Assembly: GCA_035529375.1 (NCBI GenBank)
Contig: DATKWU010000004.1
Span: 1 to 59,331, forward strand
Direction of reading: 5' to 3'
Length of the DNA: 59,331 nt
From: Patescibacteria group bacterium
GTDB taxonomy: Bacteria > Patescibacteriota > Microgenomatia > PFEM01 > JAHIFH01
A program made the translations under genes and the position numbers. The notes below the pieces were generated by a model. That model was not told the DNA's origin. It did no database searches and worked only from the letters and a program-made list of their open reading frames with translations. Below are positions 38,320-47,605 of this stretch, one piece after another (the first letter of the stretch is position 1; each line of letters begins with the position of its first letter).

Positions 38320-39654
38320 ATGACGGAATATCCAGAAAAACAACCAGCCATCGACGAAATTTGGCATTCCCAATTTGAAAAAAATGGAATGGTTGAAGCA
38401 TATGAATATTTAGAAGGTTATAAGAACCATAGAGAAGAGCAAAAAAGGCTTTTTTTATCAGGTGAAGTTCGCAATCCCATTCTTGATTATCCTCGACTTG
38501 ACCCAGATGATTTAAAAGGAAGAGAAGAGGCATTATTAAGTTTGAAAGAAGAAATTTTGGCTAAAGAGGAGAATGAAATTGTTGGGCAGGCATATAGATG
38601 GAAAATAAATGAAAGCGTAGCTAAATTAAGAATGCTTCAGGCTTCGATTAGCGGAGATATGAGAAGATTTAAACGCTATTCAGAGTTTATTTATGGCAAG
38701 CCGTCCTATGAGATTTTTGTTTTTACTGTCCAATCTCTTCGGACAAAAATAAACGAATATCGAAACTCAGATAATCGACCACTTAGTCGGGCAGCAAGAG
38801 AGTTGGATGAAGTTCTGCCCCAGGAAACAGAGAGAGCGGGTTTTGTTTCTTTGCCATCAGAGGGAACTATCAGTCTTGCAGAAAGAGAAACAGCGAAAGC
38901 AATAGGAGATCTTGTCCATCTTCCTGAAGTTGAAGGCGAATTAGGGGTTGACGAAATTAAAGATATCTTTCAGAAAGCTTTGGATTCTTTAAATTTAGAT
39001 GAATGGGAGGTTGTTACTGATATTAGTGGTAAACCTGGTGCCAGTGTTGATCAGGAAGAGAAAAAAATAAAAATTCCAGAATCAAAAAAGTTACTCTTCA
39101 AAGAAGTCCAGTCCCTTTTGGTTCATGAGATTGGCACTCATGTCGCTAGGAGAGAAAAAGGAGAAAGAAGCAGATTAAGGTTGTTAGGGCCAGGCTTGGA
39201 TAGATATGAGCGGGGAGAAGAGGGAATAGCAACAATGCGAAGCCAGATTGTTAGTGGCCAAATAGAAGACTTTTCCGGCTTAACAGGACATTTAGCTATT
39301 AGTCTTGCCTACGGATTAGATGGCAAGCCTAGAGATTTTCGAGATGTTTATGAAATTATGCAGAAATATTATTTCTTTGATAGATTGGTGAAAGGTAAAA
39401 ATATTCAAAAAGCAAAAGAAGAAGCTCAGAGATTAGCCTGGAACAAAGGAATAAGAACTTTCAGAGGTACAGATTACACTACTCCTGGAGTTTGTTTTAC
39501 TAAGGACATCATCTATAGAGAAGGTAATATTGGCGTTTGGGAATTAATTGGAAAAAAACCAAACGAATTTAGAAGAATCACCGTGGGGAAATATGATCCC
39601 ACTAATCCACGCCATCTTTATATTTTAGATCAATTAGGAATTTCTGAATCTTAA
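38320..39654 (+). CDS. DUF1704 / tyrosine-carboxypeptidase (MATCAP)-like gluzincin metalloprotease
   Basis: VHEIGTH (HExxxH) followed by EEGIA; RTFRG, KDIIYREG. Confidence 0.75.
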   Translation: MTEYPEKQPAIDEIWHSQFEKNGMVEAYEYLEGYKNHREEQKRLFLSGEVRNPILDYPRLDPDDLKGREEALLSLKEEILAKEENEIVGQAYRWKINESVAKLRMLQASISGDMRRFKRYSEFIYGKPSYEIFVFTVQSLRTKINEYRNSDNRPLSRAARELDEVLPQETERAGFVSLPSEGTISLAERETAKAIGDLVHLPEVEGELGVDEIKDIFQKALDSLNLDEWEVVTDISGKPGASVDQEEKKIKIPESKKLLFKEVQSLLVHEIGTHVARREKGERSRLRLLGPGLDRYERGEEGIATMRSQIVSGQIEDFSGLTGHLAISLAYGLDGKPRDFRDVYEIMQKYYFFDRLVKGKNIQKAKEEAQRLAWNKGIRTFRGTDYTTPGVCFTKDIIYREGNIGVWELIGKKPNEFRRITVGKYDPTNPRHLYILDQLGISES

Positions 39655-39689
39655 ATTGATTCTTCAGATATAGAAGAGCAGTTAAATGG

Positions 39690-40034
39690 TTAAAAGAATT
39701 TTCCCTTTTTACGAATCAGTTTGTTTAAGCCTTTTTTGAATATCCTTGCTAAAGTTGATTTTTCCTGAGTGAAAATTGATCTACCATCACCCATCAGTTT
39801 TGACCAACAAGAAAGAATAATCCATTCACCCTTTTCATTCTGTTTAGCGACAACCTCAATTCTTTGCTGACCATAATTTTTAAAAAACTTTTTTGAACCA
39901 GGCGTTTTTCCAGGCAGACTGCCATCAGGATGTTGGAAAGTATACCAGGCATCACCTTGGGTAATCTTTCGATTGTAAAGGCGGTTAATGGCGTGATTCG
40001 TAAAAATAGCGTTCAAATAACGTTTTTTCATCAT
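39690..40034 (-). CDS. DUF4258-like (RelE/BrnT-fold) small protein
   Basis: IFTNHAINRL..R.I, VVAK..KGEWIILSCW pattern. Confidence 0.65.
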   Translation of the reverse strand: MMKKRYLNAIFTNHAINRLYNRKITQGDAWYTFQHPDGSLPGKTPGSKKFFKNYGQQRIEVVAKQNEKGEWIILSCWSKLMGDGRSIFTQEKSTLARIFKKGLNKLIRKKGKFF

Positions 40035-40083
40035 GCTTAATGCTATAATTCATTATAGACTATATAATAGAGAATTTTAATTA

Positions 40084-41205
40084 ATGAAAAAGAAAATCGT
40101 GATTACCGGCGGCCACGTTACTCCGGCTTTGGCCGTTATTGATGAATTAGAAAAAAAACCTTACCAAATTTATTATTTTGGCCGTCGCTATACTTCTGAA
40201 GCCCATAAAGCCTTGCCCATGGAAGCGGTTTTATTAAGAGAAAAAGAGATTACCTATATCCCTATTACCGCCGGTAAAATCCAGCGCTATTTTGATCAAT
40301 ATACTTTTTTTTCTTATTTAAAAATTCCTCTGGGCTTTTTTCAAGCTTTGGGTTATTTAATCAGAATCAAACCAAACTTAATCATCTCTTTTGGCGGTTA
40401 CGTCAGTGTTCCTGTGGTTTTAGCCGGTTGGTTGTTAAAAATCTCAATTCTGACTCATGAACAAACCGCCAGCTATGGTTTGGCTAGTCGCTTTAATAGT
40501 TATTTTGCCAAGAAAATTGCTGTTTCTTGGCCGATCAGCCAAAAATATTTTCCTAAAAAGAAAGTCATTTTGACCGGTAACCCAATTAGGAAAGAAGTTC
40601 TTCAGACTAATAAAAAAATCTGGCAGGTTTTTGATTTTGACGAAAAATTACCTTTAATTTTTATTACCGGTGGCAATCAGGGTTCTCGAATAATTAATCA
40701 AACCGTCAGTCAATTAATTAATCAGTTAGTTAAGAAATATAATCTTTTTCACCACCTTGGTCCGGTAGGTAGCCAAGGGATTCTTAAAGAGTTGGAAAAG
40801 AGAAGACAAAAGATGCCTTCTCAATTAAGAAATCGTTATCATTTTAAAAAATATCTCGACAGCCAGGAGATGGGTACCTTTTTAAACAAGGCTGATTTAA
40901 TTATTTCTCGGTCTGGGGCCAATACGGTCACGGAACTCGCGGCTTTGGGAAAACCAGCTTTATTCATTCCTCTGCCTTTCGCGGCGACTGATGAACAAAC
41001 GAAAAATGCTCAGCTTTTGGTTACGGCCGGGACAGCGGAGGTTCTACCTCAGGAAAAGTTAAGTCCTAAAAGATTATGGCAATTAATAGAAAAGATGATG
41101 ACTCATCTTGATGATTATCAAAAGAAATCTTCTCAAGCTAAAAAGTTAGTTAAGCTTGATGCTTCCAAAGAAATTGTCAGGTTGGCTGAGAAAATCATCC
41201 AGTGA
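40084..41205 (+). CDS. murG: Lipid II GlcNAc transferase MurG
   Basis: ITGGHVTPA, SFGGYVS, HEQT, TGNPIR, GGNQGS, SRSGANT. Confidence 0.95.
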   Translation: MKKKIVITGGHVTPALAVIDELEKKPYQIYYFGRRYTSEAHKALPMEAVLLREKEITYIPITAGKIQRYFDQYTFFSYLKIPLGFFQALGYLIRIKPNLIISFGGYVSVPVVLAGWLLKISILTHEQTASYGLASRFNSYFAKKIAVSWPISQKYFPKKKVILTGNPIRKEVLQTNKKIWQVFDFDEKLPLIFITGGNQGSRIINQTVSQLINQLVKKYNLFHHLGPVGSQGILKELEKRRQKMPSQLRNRYHFKKYLDSQEMGTFLNKADLIISRSGANTVTELAALGKPALFIPLPFAATDEQTKNAQLLVTAGTAEVLPQEKLSPKRLWQLIEKMMTHLDDYQKKSSQAKKLVKLDASKEIVRLAEKIIQ

Positions 41206-41927
41206 AAATAAAAAAGACAATCATTAAACTCCTGAAATTCTTGCTTATTTTTTTAGGGATAACTTCGTTTATTGTTGGTCTCTTTTTGGTTCTGAAAAGT
41301 GATTTTTTTAAAGTAAATCAGGTAGTTTGTTTTGAGAATCAAAATGCTTGTCAATCAGATTTATGGTTTCAGATCAACGGTTTGGTTTTAGGCAAAAATA
41401 TTGTTTTGCTTTCACCCCAAAAAGTTGAGGAAGAGATTAAGGGAAAATTGACAGAAATTGATGAGATTAAGATGGAGAAACACCTGCCGAATAAATTAGT
41501 TATTCATCTGAGTAAAAGAAGACCTTTGGCAATTATTGAAACCGATAGTCATTATTATCAGGTTGATTACCAGGGTTTTGTCTTGGCTGAGCTTCAACAG
41601 CCAACTGATTTACCCCTGATTACCAGCAGCGAATCAGCGATAATCGTTGATAACCATCAGTTCAAATCAACCGCAGTGATTAGCAGTCTTAATTGTCTTT
41701 ATCAGTTACTGATGAAGAATATTGAGGTCCGTCGTCTTGAGATTAATCTTTTTGAAGACTTAACTCTTTTTCTCAAAAAAGGCCCAGAAGTCTTAATTTC
41801 TTCTAAAAAAGGAATTGGTCAACAAGTTGACTCTTTACAATCAATTTTAGGGCGGGCTAAAATAGAGGGTAAACAAATTAAGGTGATTGATTTACGCTTT
41901 GATAAGCCAGTCGTTACCTTTATCTGA
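41202..41927 (+). CDS. ftsQ: Cell division protein FtsQ/DivIB
   Basis: TM + POTRA (KHLPNKLVI), IDLRFDKPVV; position between murG and ftsA. Confidence 0.85.
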   Translation: MKIKKTIIKLLKFLLIFLGITSFIVGLFLVLKSDFFKVNQVVCFENQNACQSDLWFQINGLVLGKNIVLLSPQKVEEEIKGKLTEIDEIKMEKHLPNKLVIHLSKRRPLAIIETDSHYYQVDYQGFVLAELQQPTDLPLITSSESAIIVDNHQFKSTAVISSLNCLYQLLMKNIEVRRLEINLFEDLTLFLKKGPEVLISSKKGIGQQVDSLQSILGRAKIEGKQIKVIDLRFDKPVVTFI

Positions 41928-41930
41928 CTT

Positions 41931-43247
41931 ATGGCTAAACAAAGAATTATTGCTGGAATTGATGTTGGCTCCTCGAAGATAGCCACCATTATCGGTTCAG
42001 TTGGAGAAGAAGAAAAACAAATAAAAGTTATTGGTGCTTCGAGCATTCCCTCACGCGGTATTAGAAAAGGCCAAATTGTTAATATCGAAGAAGCGGCTGA
42101 AGCAGTGATTGAGTCAGTCGAAGCGGCTGAGAGAATGGCTGGTTATAGTTTAACCAGAGCCGTGGTTTCGGTGAGCGGGCCTCATCTTACTTCTCAAAAC
42201 TCAAGAGGGGTTGTCGCCGTGGCCGAGCCTGAAGGAGAAATTAATGGTGATGACGTTCTTCGGGTTATTGAAGCCGCTAAAGCTATTTCCTTGCCTTCTT
42301 CAAGAGAAGTGATCCATGTCGTTCCCCGCTATTTTACGGTTGACGGTCAGGATGGTATCAGAGACCCGGTCGGAATGTCTGGTGTGAGGTTGGAAGTCGA
42401 AACCCACATTGTGACTGGTTCAACCACGGCCATGAGGAACTTGGCTAAATGTGTTTCCGAAGTTGGCGCCGACGTCCAGAATTTGGTGGCCGCTGGCTTG
42501 GCTTCAGCCGAAGCGATTTTAACGGAGACAGAAATGGAATTAGGGGTGGTTTTGGTTGATATTGGCGGGGGAGTCACTGACGTTGTTGTTTTTATTGAGG
42601 GCGCACCATTTTACACGGTGGTTCTACCCATTGGCGCCAAAAACGTGACCAATGATTTAGCCATTGGCCTAAGGCTTTCACTTGAATCAGCCGAGAAGAT
42701 CAAAACCTTTTTTTCAGAGAAAGAGAATTGGCCTAAAATGAAAAAGGTCAAGTTAGAAAAAGAGAAAAGGGAAAAAGAGGCGGAGAAGGATGAAGACGAG
42801 CTTGATCTAAAAGATTTAGGGATTGTCGAGGAAGTAAAAAAAGTTTCTAAAAAGACTTTAAGCGAGGGAATTATTAGACCAAGACTTAACGAAATCTTTA
42901 CGATGGTTGGTTTAGAACTGAAGAAAAGCGGGGTAATTGGTTTAACCCCGGCCGGGATTGTCATTACCGGTGGCGGTGCCTTAACCATCGGTATTAAAGA
43001 AGCGGCTAAGCGTAATTTATCAATGCCAATTAGGATTGGCGTCCCTCAAGGAATCGGTGGTTTAATCGATGAAGCCGAAAAAACCGAGTTTGCCACTGGC
43101 GTGGGTTTGCTCCATTATGGGGCTAAAAGTGATGTTAGGAGTACGAGCAGCTTTTCTTTGTTGAAAATCGGTAAAAAGTTAGAAAAAATTCCCTTAAGGG
43201 GAGTGGTGGGTAAAGCCACTAATTTAATAAAACAATTTCTGCCCTAG
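41931..43247 (+). CDS. ftsA: Cell division protein FtsA
   Basis: GIDVGSSKI, GIRKGQIVNIE, VDIGGG, ITGGGA. Confidence 0.96.
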   Translation: MAKQRIIAGIDVGSSKIATIIGSVGEEEKQIKVIGASSIPSRGIRKGQIVNIEEAAEAVIESVEAAERMAGYSLTRAVVSVSGPHLTSQNSRGVVAVAEPEGEINGDDVLRVIEAAKAISLPSSREVIHVVPRYFTVDGQDGIRDPVGMSGVRLEVETHIVTGSTTAMRNLAKCVSEVGADVQNLVAAGLASAEAILTETEMELGVVLVDIGGGVTDVVVFIEGAPFYTVVLPIGAKNVTNDLAIGLRLSLESAEKIKTFFSEKENWPKMKKVKLEKEKREKEAEKDEDELDLKDLGIVEEVKKVSKKTLSEGIIRPRLNEIFTMVGLELKKSGVIGLTPAGIVITGGGALTIGIKEAAKRNLSMPIRIGVPQGIGGLIDEAEKTEFATGVGLLHYGAKSDVRSTSSFSLLKIGKKLEKIPLRGVVGKATNLIKQFLP

Positions 43248-43319
43248 ACAATTGTGCTATTATAGTTAAAGAGATTATAGAAAAAATTTCTTCCTGTTTT
43301 TCCTGCCCAGAGATAAACA

Positions 43320-44474
43320 ATGGCGCTTGTTAAACCAGATACAGCCAGCTTTGCCAGAATTAAAGTTTTAGGGATTGGTGGTGGTGGTGGTAATGCCATC
43401 AATACCATGATTGAGGAGGAATCAATCAGAGGGGTTGAATTTATTGCCATTAACACCGATGCCCAAGCCCTTCTCGTTAACAAAGCCGAAACGAAAATCC
43501 AGATTGGGGAAAAGCTTACTCGGGGTTTAGGAGCCGGCGGTGATCCCGAATCCGGTCGTCAGGCGGCTGAAGAATCAAGAGAAAAACTAAAAGAATACAT
43601 GGCCGATACGGACATGGTTTTTATCGCCGGAGGGGAAGGTGGCGGAACCTGCACTGGCGCAACGCCGGTCATTGCCGAGATCGCCAGAGAATTAGGGGCT
43701 TTAACGATTGCTGTCGTCACCAAACCCTTTACTTTTGAAGGCACCAGAAGAATGGTCATTGCCGAAGACGGCATTGAGAATCTCAAAGACAAAGTTGATA
43801 CTTTAATTGTCATTCCCAATCAAAGAATTATGGAAGTGATTGACCAAAAAGTCACCTTAGTCGAAGCCTTTAAGGTAGTTGATGGGGTTCTAGGTCAAGG
43901 AGTTCAGGGTATCTCTGACATTATCACCGTTCCCGGATTAATCAACGTTGATTTTGCTGATGTTAAAGCGATTATGGGAGATGCCGGTTCTTCTTTACTG
44001 GGAATCGGAACAGGAGTGGGCGAAAATCGAGCCCAGGCCGCGGCTCGGGGTGCCATTTCCTCCCGTCTCTTAGATGTTTCGATTGAGGGAGCTAAGGGTA
44101 TTCTTTTCAATGTTACTGGCGGCAAGGATTTGACCATGTCTGAGGTTGATGAAGCCGCGAAAATCATTTCCACCGCGGCGGATGCTGATGCGAATATTAT
44201 CTTCGGCGCCGTGATTGATGATAATATGGTCGACCAGATTAAGATTATTGTCATTGCCACTGGTTTTGACGAAGCCAGACTTCGTCTCGCCAAACTAGCC
44301 AGATTAAGATCTCCTAGAACCGAACCTAGAGGGATTATCAGTGAAAAACCAGAACCAGGAGAAGAAATAAGAGAACCAGAGGAAGAAGAACCGGAAAGAA
44401 AAGAGAAAGCAGAAGAAGAGGAAGAAGACTATTCTGAATTTGATATTCCTGCTTTCTTGAGGCAGGGAAGGTAA
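43320..44474 (+). CDS. ftsZ: Cell division protein FtsZ
   Basis: GIGGGGGNA, NTDAQAL, GGGTCTG tubulin motif, INVDFADV, C-terminal DIPAFLR. Confidence 0.98.
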   Translation: MALVKPDTASFARIKVLGIGGGGGNAINTMIEEESIRGVEFIAINTDAQALLVNKAETKIQIGEKLTRGLGAGGDPESGRQAAEESREKLKEYMADTDMVFIAGGEGGGTCTGATPVIAEIARELGALTIAVVTKPFTFEGTRRMVIAEDGIENLKDKVDTLIVIPNQRIMEVIDQKVTLVEAFKVVDGVLGQGVQGISDIITVPGLINVDFADVKAIMGDAGSSLLGIGTGVGENRAQAAARGAISSRLLDVSIEGAKGILFNVTGGKDLTMSEVDEAAKIISTAADADANIIFGAVIDDNMVDQIKIIVIATGFDEARLRLAKLARLRSPRTEPRGIISEKPEPGEEIREPEEEEPERKEKAEEEEEDYSEFDIPAFLRQGR

Positions 44475-44516
44475 ACCCCTTGTGGTTCAAAAAATTATTT
44501 GTTAGAATAAACCCTA

Positions 44517-44570
44517 ATGGAAAAATTAATTAATAAGATTAAAAAGTTTATCGGTATTATTAGTAAATAG
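44517..44570 (+). CDS. Putative ileS leader peptide (17 aa, 5 Ile)
   Basis: MEKLINKIKKFIGIISK; ATG 8 nt after TGtTAGAAT (44500-44508), i.e. leaderless; followed by hairpin and terminator. Confidence 0.6.
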   Translation: MEKLINKIKKFIGIISK

Positions 44571-44597
44571 GAGCTGTGGTAAAAGCCATGGCTTCTG

Positions 44598-44628
44598 AAG
44601 TCGTCCTTAAAAACAAGGACGATTTTTT
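44598..44628 (+). terminator. Rho-independent terminator (attenuator) upstream of ileS
   Basis: tcgtcctt-aaaaac-aaggacga followed by T6, 13 nt before the ileS ATG. Confidence 0.75.
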
Positions 44629-44641
44629 GTAGAATAAGATT

Positions 44642-47605
44642 ATGAAGAAAAAGAAACCATTTTTTAAACCTGTTTCCTCAAGAGTCAATTTTGTCGAGCT
44701 GGAAAAAAAGATTCTGAAATGGTGGTATCAATCTGGTTTGGTGGAAAAATATCTTCAACGCAATCGTCAGTCTAAAAAACGCTTTTCTTTTTTAGATGGT
44801 CCGATTACGGCCAATAATCCTATGGGTGTTCATCATGCCTGGGGCAGAACCTACAAAGATTTATGGCAGCGGTTTTTTAATATGAGAGGCTATAAACAGC
44901 GTTTCCAGAATGGTTTTGATTGTCAAGGTCTTTGGGTTGAGGTAGAGGTGGAAAAGGAACTTGGTTTTAAGAATAAAAAAGATATTGAGGATTATGGTAT
45001 TGCTAAGTTTGTTGAGAAATGTAAAGCCAGAGTTAATCAATATGCCAAAGTTCAAACCGATCAATCTAAGCGCTTAGGTTTTTTCATGGATTGGGATAAT
45101 TCCTATTACACGATGAGCGATGAGAATAATTACATGATTTGGGCTTTTCTGAAAAAGTGCTGGCAGGACGGCAATCTTTATAAAGGTTGGGATACAGTCA
45201 CTTGGTGTCCCCGTTGCGGCACGGCCATTAGTGAACATGAAATTCTCACTGAAGAATATCAAGAATTAACCCATACCGCCATTTATCTACGTTTTCCAAT
45301 TGTTGGCCGAAAAAATGAATATCTTTTAGTCTGGACCACCACGCCCTGGACAATTCCCGCTAATGCTTTGATTGCCGCCAATCCAGAGATAATTTATGCT
45401 CAGGTTGAATTTGAAAAAAAGAAATATTGGCTGGCGGCTAGTTTGGTACCTAGAGTTTTTGGCAAAAATGTGAAGATCATTAAAAAAGTTAAGGGAAAAG
45501 AATTAATAGAAAAAGAAAAGATAAAACATTACCAGGCGCCTTTTGAAGATTTACCAATGATTAAGAAAATGAGGAAGAAGCCTTATTTCTATTCTCTGGT
45601 TTTATCAGAAGAATTAGTTAATGAAGCTGAAGGAACAGGTTTAGTTCATATCTCACCCGGAACCGGAACCGAAGACTATCGCTTTGTAGTCAAGGATTTG
45701 GGCTGGCGGGAAATTGTTTTTCCGGCTGTTGACGAAGCTGGCCGCTACATCCAAGGTTACGATTGGCTAGAAGGTAAGAGCGCTAAAGAAAAACCAAATC
45801 TAATCATTGATTATCTCAAAAAAGAAAAGAACGATTTCTTTTTTAAGACCGAAGAATACACTCATCGTTATCCTGTTTGTTGGCGTTGTAAAAGCGAATT
45901 GATCTGGCGCTTAGTTGAAGAGTGGTATATTGCCATGGATGATAATAATCAGAAAAAGGCCAAGAATTACCGTCAGCAAATGATTAAAGTGGCGAAGAAG
46001 GTTGAATGGTTGCCTTCTTTTGGTCTTGATCGAGAGTTGGATTGGTTGCGAAATATGGAAGACTGGATGATTTCTAAGAAAAGATATTGGGGATTAGCCT
46101 TACCGGTTTGGGAATGCGATTGTGGCCACTTTGAGGTCGTTGGTTCTAAAGAAGAATTGAAGAAAAAAGCGGTTAAAGGTTGGGAGAAGTTTACTGGCCA
46201 CACGCCTCATCGGCCTTGGATTGATGAAGTTAAAATTCAGTGTCCGAAATGTAATAAGGAGATGAATCGGGTAGCTGATGTCGGCAATCCCTGGCTTGAT
46301 GCTGGTATTGTTTCTTTTTCGACTTTAGTTGATCCTCAAACTAAGAAAGTAAGCTATTTGACTGATAAAAAATATTGGCGAGAATGGTTTCCGGCTGATT
46401 TTATTACCGAATCCTTTCCCGGCCAATTTAAAAACTGGTTTTACTCAGTCATTGCCATGGCTACGGTTTTAGAAAACAGAAAACCCTACAAAGCGGTTTT
46501 AGGCTACGCCACGCTTTTGGCTGAAAATGGTCAGCCAATGCATAAATCTTCTGGCAATATGATTGAATTTGACGAAGCGGCCGAAAAAATTGGAGTTGAC
46601 GTCATGCGTTGGATTTACACTCGTCAAAATCCGGCCAATAATCTTTTGTTTGGTTATCATCTGGCTGATGAAACCAGACGCCGCTTTCACCTTATCCTTT
46701 GGAACGTTTTTAACTTTCTTATTACCTATGCCAATCTCGATCGCTGGCAGCCAAGAAAAGAATTATCTTCAAAACCAACCAAGCTCGATTTATGGATTTT
46801 AACCAGACTTGATGAGGTGATTATCAAAGTCACCAGAAAGATGGAGGCTTATGATGTCAGTAAAGCGACCCAGATAATTGAGGACTTTGTTCAGGATCTA
46901 TCAACCTGGTATCTACGTCGTTCTCGGGGACGAGTTGGTCCCACCGTTCAAGATAAAAAGGACAGAGATTTAACTTACAGTGTTCTTTATACGGTTTTAT
47001 TAACCTTGACCAAGGTTTTAGCTCCGCTGACACCCTATTTAGCTGAAGAAATTTATCAAACCCTAGTTAATGGCGGTCGGTTAAACGTTAAAGATTCAGT
47101 TCATTTGGCTGATTGGCCAGAGGTCAGAACAAAAGAAGTTTTAGATAAAAAACTCTTGGTCCAAATGGAACAGGTGAGAAAAATCTGCGAATTGGGTCAC
47201 GCAATTCGCAAAGAAGAAAAGATCAAAGTCAGACAGCCGCTGCAATTAATTAAGGTTGCCACAAAAGCAAAAATAGATTTAGATGACGAGTTAACCCAAT
47301 TAATTTTAGAGGAACTCAATCTTAAACAAGTCAGCTGGCAAGTAGAAACTAAACAAAAAGATGAGATTGAGGTTAAATTGGAAACTAAAATTACTCCTAA
47401 ACTCAAAGCTGAAGGCGAGTTAAGAGAAATGATTCGGTGTGTCCAAGAATTAAGAAAAGAAGCAGGTTGTCAATTAGATGAAAAGATAATCGTTACTTTA
47501 CCTAAACTGCCCAAAGAAAAGAAAATGCTTGATTATTTTAAGCAAGCGACTTTAGCCAAAGAAGTAAAAAAAGGTGAAAAGATAATTCTTAGCAGGCAAA
47601 AATGA
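44642..47605 (+). CDS. ileS: Isoleucine--tRNA ligase (type 2, GVHH signature)
   Basis: FLDGPITAN, GVHH (HIGH variant), GFDCQGL, WTTTPWT, GTGLVH, DWMISKKRYWG, PMHKS (KMSKS variant). Confidence 0.97.
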   Translation: MKKKKPFFKPVSSRVNFVELEKKILKWWYQSGLVEKYLQRNRQSKKRFSFLDGPITANNPMGVHHAWGRTYKDLWQRFFNMRGYKQRFQNGFDCQGLWVEVEVEKELGFKNKKDIEDYGIAKFVEKCKARVNQYAKVQTDQSKRLGFFMDWDNSYYTMSDENNYMIWAFLKKCWQDGNLYKGWDTVTWCPRCGTAISEHEILTEEYQELTHTAIYLRFPIVGRKNEYLLVWTTTPWTIPANALIAANPEIIYAQVEFEKKKYWLAASLVPRVFGKNVKIIKKVKGKELIEKEKIKHYQAPFEDLPMIKKMRKKPYFYSLVLSEELVNEAEGTGLVHISPGTGTEDYRFVVKDLGWREIVFPAVDEAGRYIQGYDWLEGKSAKEKPNLIIDYLKKEKNDFFFKTEEYTHRYPVCWRCKSELIWRLVEEWYIAMDDNNQKKAKNYRQQMIKVAKKVEWLPSFGLDRELDWLRNMEDWMISKKRYWGLALPVWECDCGHFEVVGSKEELKKKAVKGWEKFTGHTPHRPWIDEVKIQCPKCNKEMNRVADVGNPWLDAGIVSFSTLVDPQTKKVSYLTDKKYWREWFPADFITESFPGQFKNWFYSVIAMATVLENRKPYKAVLGYATLLAENGQPMHKSSGNMIEFDEAAEKIGVDVMRWIYTRQNPANNLLFGYHLADETRRRFHLILWNVFNFLITYANLDRWQPRKELSSKPTKLDLWILTRLDEVIIKVTRKMEAYDVSKATQIIEDFVQDLSTWYLRRSRGRVGPTVQDKKDRDLTYSVLYTVLLTLTKVLAPLTPYLAEEIYQTLVNGGRLNVKDSVHLADWPEVRTKEVLDKKLLVQMEQVRKICELGHAIRKEEKIKVRQPLQLIKVATKAKIDLDDELTQLILEELNLKQVSWQVETKQKDEIEVKLETKITPKLKAEGELREMIRCVQELRKEAGCQLDEKIIVTLPKLPKEKKMLDYFKQATLAKEVKKGEKIILSRQK

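Noticed and set aside
44475-44641. T-box riboswitch upstream of ileS
   Set aside because: Spacer too short and AT-rich; no UGGNACC antiterminator bulge or stem I motifs.
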